A stretch of 33,198 nt of DNA, from NCBI GenBank assembly GCA_048940925.1, contig JBHLOC010000029.1, positions 1-33,198 on the forward strand, given 5' to 3'. The notes under the pieces were generated by a model, which ran no database searches, was not told where the DNA came from, and saw nothing but the letters and a program-made list of their open reading frames with translations. Of the stretch, positions 9,501-18,288 are shown one piece after another. Source of the DNA: Promethearchaeota archaeon (GTDB lineage Archaea > Asgardarchaeota > Lokiarchaeia > Sigyniarchaeales > SOKP01). Made by a program: the position numbers and the translations under genes. Position 1 is the first letter of the stretch, and every line of letters starts with the position of its first letter.

Positions 9501-10511
9501 ATGGAAAAACCTTATGTAATCGTTGAAGAAGAAAAATTAGAGGAAATTGAAGAAAGAGAAAAGATTCTAAAAAAGATTATTTCATGGATAGGCAAAAATA
9601 TCAAATTTCTACTCCTCCCAGGGTCTAGAATAGAAGAATTATCACGCCGAGAATTTGAGTATGAAAGGAATATAAGTAAACGAAAATTATTGAAAAGATT
9701 GAAAAATCCATTAACTATCTTGGGCTTTTGCATTATTTTCTTTATTACTACCTTAGCGGTATTTGCTCCTTGGATTTCTCCACAATCTTTTGCAGTAGCC
9801 ATGCAACATCATGCAGGTTCGTGGAATCCCCCTTCTCCTGAACATCCTTTAGGACAAACTGTTATGGGTGGTGATGTATTATCGAGGTTAATCTGGGGTG
9901 CAAGAACATCGTTAACAATATCTCTACCTTCGATTTCTATTAGTGTGTCGGGCGGAATAATATTTGGGGTAATTTCTGCTTACTATGGAGGATGGGTAGA
10001 TTCGTTAATAATGAGAATCTGTGATGTCTTTCTAGCCTTCCCCTCTTTAATTCTTTCATTAGTTTTTATTGCAATTTACGGTCCTTATATTGAGATTATT
10101 CTAATGGTGTGGGGTTTTCTTGGAATTCCTATATATGCAAGATTAATTAGAGGAAATGTATTACAAGCAAGACAACTTCCTTACATAGAAGCTGCAAGGG
10201 TAGCTGGAGCAGGAAATTGGAGAATTATGTTTAGACATATATTACCAAATGTAATACAACCCATCATTATCTTCTTCACTCTTGACATTGGTGGGTACAT
10301 CCTAGGATTAGCGGGACTTTCGTTCTTAGGAATGAATCAATCTGTATTGATTGAATGGGGAAATGATATTAATGTGGCTAGAGAGAATCCATATGAAGCA
10401 CCTTGGGCAGGATTATGGCCTGGTTTCATGATTTTCCTCACTGTATTGGGATTCATGTTAGTAGGTGATGGTCTAAGGGATGCATTAGATCCAAGATTGA
10501 AAAACTTATAA
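9501..10511 (+). CDS. dppC: Peptide ABC transporter permease DppC/OppC with long N-terminal cytoplasmic extension
   Basis: PPSPEHPLG, DVLSRLIWGAR, YIEAARVAGA, RHILPN, GDGLRDALDP. Confidence 0.95.
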   Translation: MEKPYVIVEEEKLEEIEEREKILKKIISWIGKNIKFLLLPGSRIEELSRREFEYERNISKRKLLKRLKNPLTILGFCIIFFITTLAVFAPWISPQSFAVAMQHHAGSWNPPSPEHPLGQTVMGGDVLSRLIWGARTSLTISLPSISISVSGGIIFGVISAYYGGWVDSLIMRICDVFLAFPSLILSLVFIAIYGPYIEIILMVWGFLGIPIYARLIRGNVLQARQLPYIEAARVAGAGNWRIMFRHILPNVIQPIIIFFTLDIGGYILGLAGLSFLGMNQSVLIEWGNDINVARENPYEAPWAGLWPGFMIFLTVLGFMLVGDGLRDALDPRLKNL

Positions 10512-10563
10512 TATTTTTCTAAATTTTATTTTTTATCTAACTTAACTATAGGAAAAAAATACA

Positions 10564-11832
10564 ATGGATATTTTGGAAAAAGAAGATTCTAGCGATGTTG
10601 TTATGAAAGAAGATTTTGAATCTTCTAAAAAATTGATTGAAGTTAAAGGTTTAAAAACTTATTTTTATACTGAAGAAGGTATTGTTAAAGCAGTTGATGG
10701 TGTATCTTTTGATATTTATGAAGACGAAGTTCTTGGCCTTGTAGGTGAAACTGGATGCGGAAAATCTGTTACCGCTCTTTCAATTTTACGACTTGTACGG
10801 GCACCAGGAAAAATTATTGATGGGACTGTTTTTTTCAAAGGAAAAAACCTTCTTACATTAAAAGAGAGTGATATGAGAACACATCGAGGTAAAAATATAA
10901 CAATGATTTTTCAAGATCCCTTGAACTCTCTTAATCCTGTTTTTACAGTGGGTAAACAGGTTGCGGAAGTATTTTATTTACACCAAGAAACAGAGATGAA
11001 AAAAGACCTTGATAAACGCCTATTAAAGAGAACACAAAAGCTAGAAGAAAAAAATAGATTAAAGAAACTATTAGAGGAAGATGAAGATCAAAATCGATTA
11101 ACGGTAGAAGAAAAAAAAGACCTTGAATCTAAGATTAAGCAACTTAAAAAAGAAACTGCTCATACTCCCAATTTAAAAGAAATTGCGAATGAGAGAGCTG
11201 AGCAAATAATAAAGGAAGTAGGAATACCAGACGCAAAGGGGATCTTAAAAAGATATCCACATGAGTTAAGTGGTGGGATGCGGCAAAGGGTTATGATTGC
11301 TATGGCACTTTCCTGTAATCCAGCACTGTTAATAGCAGATGAACCAACTACGGCTTTAGACGTAACAATTCAAGCTCAAATTCTCGATTTAATGAAAGAT
11401 CTAATTAAAAAATTCAGAACTTCAATCCTTATAATAACTCATGATTTAGGAATCATAGCAGAATTATGTGATAGGGTTGCAGTAATGTATAGTGGAAATA
11501 TAGTAGAATACGCAACAGCAGAAGATTTATTTAAAAATCCAAGACATCCATATACACAGGGACTAATTGGTGCCATTCCAAGCATAGAAAAAAAGGACCA
11601 AAAACTCCAAACTATTCGCGGTATGGTACCAAATTTGATTTATCCCCCATCAGGTTGTAGATTCCATCCTAGATGTGATTATAGGTTAGAAGTATGTGAT
11701 AAAATAAAACCAATTCTAACTGAAATTGCAGATAGATATTTTGTAGCTTGTCATCTTTTTGATAACAAGTATAAAGATTCACCTAAATACGTGTGGACTG
11801 AAGAAGAAAAAGAAGTTTCTTTGAGAGTATAA
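10564..11832 (+). CDS. dppD: Peptide ABC transporter ATP-binding protein DppD/OppD
   Basis: Walker A GETGCGKS, Q-loop IFQDP, signature LSGGMRQR, DEPTTALD, C-terminal GCRFHPRC...C...ACH domain. Confidence 0.95.
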   Translation: MDILEKEDSSDVVMKEDFESSKKLIEVKGLKTYFYTEEGIVKAVDGVSFDIYEDEVLGLVGETGCGKSVTALSILRLVRAPGKIIDGTVFFKGKNLLTLKESDMRTHRGKNITMIFQDPLNSLNPVFTVGKQVAEVFYLHQETEMKKDLDKRLLKRTQKLEEKNRLKKLLEEDEDQNRLTVEEKKDLESKIKQLKKETAHTPNLKEIANERAEQIIKEVGIPDAKGILKRYPHELSGGMRQRVMIAMALSCNPALLIADEPTTALDVTIQAQILDLMKDLIKKFRTSILIITHDLGIIAELCDRVAVMYSGNIVEYATAEDLFKNPRHPYTQGLIGAIPSIEKKDQKLQTIRGMVPNLIYPPSGCRFHPRCDYRLEVCDKIKPILTEIADRYFVACHLFDNKYKDSPKYVWTEEEKEVSLRV

Positions 11833-11872
11833 AATTGAAAATTTAATATTAATTATATCTAAAATCTATAAT

Positions 11873-13132
11873 ATGACTGTTCCAGAATTAAAAACTAAAA
11901 AAACTGCAGTAGAAAAACCAAGAAAGTATAATAAAAAAACAGATGCGATAATAACCGTAAAGAATCTTAAGACGTATTATCCTATATATGGAGGAATGTT
12001 CAAACGTAAAGTAGGTGAGGTCAAAGCTGTTGACGGTGTTACTTTTAATTTTTATAGAAATGAAACCTTAGGATTGGTTGGAGAGAGTGGTTGCGGAAAG
12101 ACAACAATTGGGAATACTATTTTAAGATTAGTTCCAAATACTGATGGAGAGATTTATTATGAAGACCTGAGAATCGATCCAAGAAAAGTTCAGGGACTGC
12201 TTGAACGATGGTTAAGAAGATATAAGACTTTAGTACTTTATGCAATTCCAGGAATCTATGAAAAAAATAGAGAAAAATTTGAAAAATGGTTTTCCAGATT
12301 ACCTTCATTTCTCTCTAAACGATATAAAAAACTTAAAATTGATATTAGAAAACTTCAGAAAGAATTTCTTGTAGGTAAATTTATCCGAAAGAGAATTCAA
12401 ATGGTTTTTCAAGATCCCGATGCCTCCTTAAATCCTAGATGGAAAGTAGTAAATATCATCGGCGAACCACTTAAAATATTAGAAGGAATGACTAAAAAAA
12501 GAGAAATGCGAGCAAGGGTTTTAGAACTCCTTGCAACAGTATCTATGAAGCCTGAACACTTAGATCGATATCCACATGAATTTTCAGGGGGACAAAAACA
12601 GAGGATAGTGATCGCCAGAGCATTAGCATGCAATCCTGAAGTAATTATCTTAGATGAACCCACTTCTGCTCTGGATGTATCAGTACAAGCTCAAATTTTG
12701 AATTTATTAAAAGAACTTCAAAGAGAATTTAATCTCTCATTTCTCTTTATTACCCATGATCTTAGTGTTGTTCAACATATAGCTGATAGAATTGCTGTAA
12801 TGTATCTAGGTAAGTTTGTTGAAACAGGAACGGTAGATGAGGTATTTTATAATCCTTCTCATCCATATACAAGAGCATTATTATCTGCACGACCTACATT
12901 CGATCCTACAACAAAATCAAATAGAATTATTTTAGAAGGAGATGTTCCTAGCCCAATTAATCCACCAGAAGGTTGTCCGTTTCATCCAAGATGTCCCGAA
13001 AAAGATAAACATGTTGGATGTGGTATTGAAAAACCAAGGAAAATTCATTTAGGTGGAGACCATTACATAGTGTGCTTACCTTTCAAAGATGAGAAAAAAT
13101 CCTATGAAGGTATGGAATATATATCAGATTAA
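11873..13132 (+). CDS. dppF: Peptide ABC transporter ATP-binding protein DppF/OppF
   Basis: Walker A GESGCGKT, VFQDP, FSGGQKQR, DEPTSALD, GDVPSPINPPEGCPFHPRC. Confidence 0.95.
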   Translation: MTVPELKTKKTAVEKPRKYNKKTDAIITVKNLKTYYPIYGGMFKRKVGEVKAVDGVTFNFYRNETLGLVGESGCGKTTIGNTILRLVPNTDGEIYYEDLRIDPRKVQGLLERWLRRYKTLVLYAIPGIYEKNREKFEKWFSRLPSFLSKRYKKLKIDIRKLQKEFLVGKFIRKRIQMVFQDPDASLNPRWKVVNIIGEPLKILEGMTKKREMRARVLELLATVSMKPEHLDRYPHEFSGGQKQRIVIARALACNPEVIILDEPTSALDVSVQAQILNLLKELQREFNLSFLFITHDLSVVQHIADRIAVMYLGKFVETGTVDEVFYNPSHPYTRALLSARPTFDPTTKSNRIILEGDVPSPINPPEGCPFHPRCPEKDKHVGCGIEKPRKIHLGGDHYIVCLPFKDEKKSYEGMEYISD

Positions 13133-13145
13133 ACAAAATTAGATC

Positions 13146-13170
13146 TTTTTTTTTTGCTTTTTCATTTTTC
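13146..13170 (+). terminator. Oligo-T terminator after dppF
   Basis: T10 at 13146-13155 followed by further T5 runs, 13 nt after the stop. Confidence 0.55.
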
Positions 13171-13271
13171 TATCATTATTAATAATTCTTATTTCTAATT
13201 GTAAATTTCAATAATTATCATATTGATTTAATTCAACAAAATGAATAAAAATACATTCTATTTCTAATAAA

Positions 13272-14444
13272 ATGACATTAAAGAATTCTCAAATATTTAT
13301 TACTAAAACAACGCCTAAAACAATTTTGAAAGATTACCAGAAATTAATGCATATGGCTAATTATCAAAATTATTATCATAAAAATAATAAGATTATTATT
13401 AAACTAAACTTGAGTTGGTCCAAGTTTTTCCCTGCTTGTTCTAGTCCTCCATGGCAACTTGAGGGTGTTCTTAAAACTATGATGGAGGATGGATATGATT
13501 CGAAGAAAATCTTTAGTGCTGAAAATAGAACAGTCGTAACAAATATAGAAAAGGGATTAAATGGAAATAAGTGGAATCCAATTATTAAAAAATACGGTGT
13601 TTGGTTTGTACCATTAACTAGGATTCCATTTGTACCTTATGAATCTTTAAGATCTAAATTTTTAAGGTTGAAAGATAAAAAATTGTACGCATTAGATACT
13701 AAAATATTCCCAGAGGGATTTAGAATACCTAAATTTTATGTAGGGAAGCCTATAATACATCTCCCAACCATGAAAACTCATGGACATACTGGAGCAATAG
13801 GGGGTAGTTTGAAACATACCTCTGAAGAATTAAAAAATGGTGGAATAACTTGTGCCATGAAAAATGCATTTGGGGGACTCTTAACAAAAAGAAGGCATTT
13901 TTCGCATCAATTTATGTCTGAAGTTTTAGTTGATCTATTAATTATTCAAAAACAAATTCACCCACATATATTCGCTATTGTTGATGGAACAATTTGTGGG
14001 GATGGAGCAGGTCCTCGAATAATGCTACCTCGAATAAAGAACTTTTTACTCGCTGGCTATGATCAAGTTGCTGTTGATACAATTGTAGCGAAAATGATGG
14101 GTTTCGAACCATTAAAATTGCCTGCGATAAAATTAGCCCATGATGAGGGTTTAGGATGTGGAGATTTTGATCAAATTGAAATAATTGGGGAAGACATATC
14201 ACATATAAATTGGAATTTTAAGGTTAAACGTAGTATTGTTATCTGGGGAGATCAAATGGTCAGAAAAGGACCATTACAATTTCTTTATCCCTTATTTCGT
14301 AGTGATTTCTTTTTTTTAGGTCCAACGTATGCTTCTATGATATACCATGATATGTTTTGGTATCCACTAATTGGTAAACATAGAATTAGAAAATTCTACC
14401 ATACAGAATGGGGTAAGCTGTTTAACAGTTATCCACAAAATTAG
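13272..14444 (+). CDS. DUF362 domain-containing protein (putative Fe-S protein)
   Basis: IIKLNLSW..FPACSSPPWQLEGV, HLPTMKTH, TCAMKNAFGG, DGTICGDGAGP, DQVAVD motifs. Confidence 0.8.
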   Translation: MTLKNSQIFITKTTPKTILKDYQKLMHMANYQNYYHKNNKIIIKLNLSWSKFFPACSSPPWQLEGVLKTMMEDGYDSKKIFSAENRTVVTNIEKGLNGNKWNPIIKKYGVWFVPLTRIPFVPYESLRSKFLRLKDKKLYALDTKIFPEGFRIPKFYVGKPIIHLPTMKTHGHTGAIGGSLKHTSEELKNGGITCAMKNAFGGLLTKRRHFSHQFMSEVLVDLLIIQKQIHPHIFAIVDGTICGDGAGPRIMLPRIKNFLLAGYDQVAVDTIVAKMMGFEPLKLPAIKLAHDEGLGCGDFDQIEIIGEDISHINWNFKVKRSIVIWGDQMVRKGPLQFLYPLFRSDFFFLGPTYASMIYHDMFWYPLIGKHRIRKFYHTEWGKLFNSYPQN

Positions 14445-14461
14445 TTTAGATTCAAGACTTA

Positions 14462-15256
14462 TTAATTATTTTTTCCTTTTAAAAGTTCATCAATATTTTT
14501 ATTATAATCAAGATTTAAACTAGGTTTTTCTAATTTAAAATGAATAAAAAATTCAATTGATCCTTTTTTTCCTAAATTAGGAGAATTAATGATCTGACAT
14601 GGATAAAATTGATTAGTTAAACTCCATTGAATTAAATTTTTAAGAATTTTATTTAAATGTTCATGGTCATTTATAATTCTAAATTTAGTTTCACCTTGAT
14701 ATTCTGTCTCAAAGAGTGGTTTTACCAATGCGATAATATCACCGTCGTCTTTTAGAAAATACTTTACATTTGGAAGGATTTCTTTTAATGAGGCGAATGT
14801 AATATCAATAGTACAAATATCAACATTTTCTTTTAGTTTTATTAAATTTCGAGCATCTATACCTAATTTAGGAATTACTTTTCCTTTTATTTTTTCGCAT
14901 TGTAGTGATGGATGTAGTAAGGTTGTAGCTTTATCTATAGCATATACTTTTTTAGCTCCATGTTTTAGTAAACAATCTGTGAATCCTCCAACTGACGCAC
15001 CTATATCAACACATACTTTATTTTCAACTGATATCGAAAAATTTTTTAAAGCTGCTTCTAATTTTAAACCTCCTCGACCAACAAATGGGAATTCTTTTTT
15101 TAGGTGAATTTCAAGAGTATTATCTACTCTTTTTCCTGGTTTTGCTATTGTTTTTTTATTAACAGATACATAACCCTTCCTTATTAGCCATTGTGCCTTT
15201 ACTCTGCTTTCTGCTAACCTTCTTTCTACTATTAGAATATCAATTCTTTCCTTCAT
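14462..15256 (-). CDS. tlyA: TlyA-family rRNA 2'-O-methyltransferase (S4 domain + FtsJ-like MTase)
   Basis: KERIDILIVERRLAESR..A (S4 domain), FVGRGGLKL, DIGASVGGFTDCLL, DITFASL, LVKPLFE. Confidence 0.9.
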   Translation of the reverse strand: MKERIDILIVERRLAESRVKAQWLIRKGYVSVNKKTIAKPGKRVDNTLEIHLKKEFPFVGRGGLKLEAALKNFSISVENKVCVDIGASVGGFTDCLLKHGAKKVYAIDKATTLLHPSLQCEKIKGKVIPKLGIDARNLIKLKENVDICTIDITFASLKEILPNVKYFLKDDGDIIALVKPLFETEYQGETKFRIINDHEHLNKILKNLIQWSLTNQFYPCQIINSPNLGKKGSIEFFIHFKLEKPSLNLDYNKNIDELLKGKNN

Positions 15257-16370
15257 CGATAATCTGTACTTTTATTAATAATTTTTCCTCGATTATTAAT
15301 GCTAATCTATAACTCAATCTCCCTATCTGGAATTTTATTGATGCTTTTCCTTCCCATTTTTTGTAAATTATTCTCAGAATAACTCCAATTATAATAAAAG
15401 CACCAGCAGCAAAAAACCAGATATTAAACACATTTAATTGGTCTAGAAAAAGAAAATATAATATATTATGAGCAAGATAAATAGTTAGAGAATAATACGA
15501 ATAATAAAATAATAATTTATAGCTCTTTTTCGTCTTAACAAACTTAAATATATCAAATATTAAAAGTATCGAAATTAAAACTATGTTAATGCCTAAAGAA
15601 TAAATTATCCATGAAAAACTTTCTCTTCTCAAGAATTTTGGATAACTAAATAAGATACCACAAATAATAAGAATTGTTCCAATTATCATTGCTGGAAATA
15701 AAAATTTATTTCTAAAAGCTTTTTGTCTATTAGTATCATCACTAATAAGAGATGTATCAAAAAGTGAATCTCCAATAACTGTGCCAAATAGAAAAAAGGG
15801 AAAAAAAGTCAATATGGGATCCTGGGAAATAGGAAAGTATAAAACATGAAATAAAAACCCATATATATTTGAATTACCATCAAATGGTATTAATAATTGA
15901 ATGATAATCTGATTAGTTATTAAAATTATTATTCCAACTATAATTCTAAAAAATTTTGATATTTTTAAAAGTGGCCATCCTATAAAAAGTGATACTGCTG
16001 AAGTTAAAAGTACAAACCAAGACCATATCATGGAAGGATCAAGTAACCTTATTGCAATTGTGGAATTATAAATTATGGCTACAAGAAATACAAAAAATGA
16101 TCTTAAAAAATAGGAATTTCGCATTATTCTATAGTTGTAATCTTCTGAATTAAGCACTCTAATTATTCTTTTTCTAACTGATAGACTTATACTTACTCCT
16201 GAAATAAATAAAAATCCAGAAGCACCAATAGGATCTAATATCATTATCGTAATTGAATGTAGCCAATGATATTCACTTTTTAACCACCAATCAATTAAGT
16301 GTGTTAAAATCATCCAAGACATGCAAAGTCCACGAAAAATATCTATACCCTTTAATCTTTGAAGCTCCAT
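15240..16370 (-). CDS. DUF1624 / heparan-alpha-glucosaminide N-acetyltransferase-like membrane acyltransferase
   Basis: RLKGIDIFRGLCMSWMILTH, FLFISGVS, SLTIYLAH; many TM helices. Confidence 0.75.
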   Translation of the reverse strand: MELQRLKGIDIFRGLCMSWMILTHLIDWWLKSEYHWLHSITIMILDPIGASGFLFISGVSISLSVRKRIIRVLNSEDYNYRIMRNSYFLRSFFVFLVAIIYNSTIAIRLLDPSMIWSWFVLLTSAVSLFIGWPLLKISKFFRIIVGIIILITNQIIIQLLIPFDGNSNIYGFLFHVLYFPISQDPILTFFPFFLFGTVIGDSLFDTSLISDDTNRQKAFRNKFLFPAMIIGTILIICGILFSYPKFLRRESFSWIIYSLGINIVLISILLIFDIFKFVKTKKSYKLLFYYSYYSLTIYLAHNILYFLFLDQLNVFNIWFFAAGAFIIIGVILRIIYKKWEGKASIKFQIGRLSYRLALIIEEKLLIKVQIIDEGKN

Positions 16371-16459
16371 TATAATTTTTGATATTGTTAAACTCCATTA
16401 ATCGTTTAAAATAATCTAAATCGAGATTTTTTTATACTATCATTTTTTAATTCCACATA

Positions 16460-17314
16460 TTAGTTAAGTTGTTTTTGAGCTTTTAAAAATTCATATGATT
16501 CAATAAGAGAAATCTCATCATTTAGTATTTTCTTTATAATCTCCCTTAATCCAGATGTTACAGCCTTGAGTTCTATAGTATTTTCCTCATTTCTCTTCTT
16601 ACTATTTGAAAATTCTGTTCGAATTTGCCTTAAAGTTTTAAAATAATTGGACTTTTTTATCTCTATCCCGCTTCTTAATGCTAATACTAAAGCAGAAATT
16701 TCATGTTTTGTTATACCCTTTTTTATATCACGTATTTTTAGTTTTGATGATTTTGATTCATCAACTAAGTAAATTTTTAAAAATTTTTCATTTTTAAAAA
16801 GTTGATAAAGACTTCTTACTAGTTCAATAGTAATAGATAATACTCCGCTCCCTAATTTAAATTCCAATTCCAATGGGCAAGAGTTGTTTATTTTAAAGCT
16901 TCTTATCACATCAATAATAATTCTAAAAAATTCTCTTTTTTCATAAATTGTATGAGAAATTAAGTAAAAATTATCTAAAAAAACAACAATCCCCATGTAT
17001 TTTGAACCGGGATCAACAGAAAAAGTCAATTTTGTATAATTATCTTTATATTCTATTCTAAATGCTGCTAACACTTTTAAAATATAACTGTTAAAGTCTT
17101 GATTTAAAGAGTAGGGAAGAAACTTTAAATTCTTATACGAATTTCTAAATAAATTAATTTCTCTAGATGTGGTAAGAAGTATAGAGTTATTATCTGGAAT
17201 ACTAGTTCTTGAATTTAAAATTGCAAAATTGATATTAAGTTGTTTTAATGCCCTGTTTAGCCTATAGAAGAAATTTAAATTTTCTGTATATATATATAAA
17301 GTTTTATTTCTCAA
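16460..17314 (-). CDS. Archaeal conserved protein with YqgF/RuvC-like RNase H-fold domain (TTG start)
   Basis: FSVDPGSKYMGIVV (beta1 Asp), ELEFKLGSG, YLVDESKSS, HEISALVLALRSG. Confidence 0.6.
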   Translation of the reverse strand: MRNKTLYIYTENLNFFYRLNRALKQLNINFAILNSRTSIPDNNSILLTTSREINLFRNSYKNLKFLPYSLNQDFNSYILKVLAAFRIEYKDNYTKLTFSVDPGSKYMGIVVFLDNFYLISHTIYEKREFFRIIIDVIRSFKINNSCPLELEFKLGSGVLSITIELVRSLYQLFKNEKFLKIYLVDESKSSKLKIRDIKKGITKHEISALVLALRSGIEIKKSNYFKTLRQIRTEFSNSKKRNEENTIELKAVTSGLREIIKKILNDEISLIESYEFLKAQKQLN

Positions 17315-17357
17315 ATTATAATTAATAATAGTAAATAAAATTAATAATTTTTAATTA

Positions 17358-18044
17358 ATGAAATTTCCAACAGTTAGATTAAATACTTATTTTAACAAGT
17401 TTGAATTTTTTAAAGGCATTATTTCTATTTGGGGTGATTTTGGTGTAGGAAAAACCACATTTGCCCTCCAGACTGCATTTAGAAATATAAATGATGGGAA
17501 AAAAATACTATTTTTTTATACTAAACCAAATTTCCCTACGGAAAAGATGTTAGCTCTTTTTAAAACCTCACCACAGTTAATTGATAAAATTACCTATATA
17601 AATCCTAAAGATTTTTATGATTTATATAGAATTGTTTTCAATTTAGAATTTCTAATTTTAAAACGCAATAAGAATAAAGAAAATCCATTCAAATTAATTA
17701 TTATTGACTCAATTACTGATCTTTATCGTTTAGAATTAAATAAAGAAAAAAAAGAAAGAAATTACAATTTAAATTATAATTTGAATCAAATTTTAGCAAA
17801 TTTGTTTTATATCAATAAAACATATAAAATTGAAATTCTAATCATTAATGAATTAAGTCGAAAAACTTTAAATGATCATATTATCGAAGTACAAGCAGGG
17901 GGAAAAGTGATGGAATACTGGATTTCTTACAACATAAAAATAAACAGAACAGAAAAGCTCAATGAAAGAAGATTTTTGGTATTTCAAGAAGGAAAACTAT
18001 TACTAGAATGTCTCACAAATTTAACTATCAATGGCTTTATTTAA
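17358..18044 (+). CDS. RadB-like RecA/RadA/Rad51 paralog
   Basis: Walker A GDFGVGKT, Walker B IIIDSITDLYR, LIINE, AGGKVMEYW; no N-terminal HhH domain. Confidence 0.8.
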   Translation: MKFPTVRLNTYFNKFEFFKGIISIWGDFGVGKTTFALQTAFRNINDGKKILFFYTKPNFPTEKMLALFKTSPQLIDKITYINPKDFYDLYRIVFNLEFLILKRNKNKENPFKLIIIDSITDLYRLELNKEKKERNYNLNYNLNQILANLFYINKTYKIEILIINELSRKTLNDHIIEVQAGGKVMEYWISYNIKINRTEKLNERRFLVFQEGKLLLECLTNLTINGFI

Positions 18045-18288
18045 TATATACATTAAATTAATTAGATCACCATGAGTTTGTTTATATATTAGCTGATTAT
18101 ATTTGAATTTTTTATTAGATTTATGAGATATTTGAACATAAACTGAATTCAAAATTAGAAACTCGTCTTTAAAATTCCTCAACTAATAATTTAAAAAAAT
18201 CTTAATATTACTATAAATGATTGATTAAATTAAAAGTTCAACTAGTATAATATTTATGTCTATCCTAAACTTTTATTAATGTAAAAAA

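Noticed and set aside
10990-12375. Inteins in the DppD/DppF insertions
   Set aside because: Too short, with no N-terminal Cys/Ser block or C-terminal His-Asn
14462-15256. Hemolysin annotation for TlyA
   Set aside because: Motifs are those of an S4 + FtsJ methyltransferase; hemolysin is a legacy label with no support here
16460-17314. Transposase, TnpB or Cas-type RuvC nuclease
   Set aside because: No zinc ribbon, terminal repeats, flanking array or other mobile-element context; fits a housekeeping YqgF-like family better
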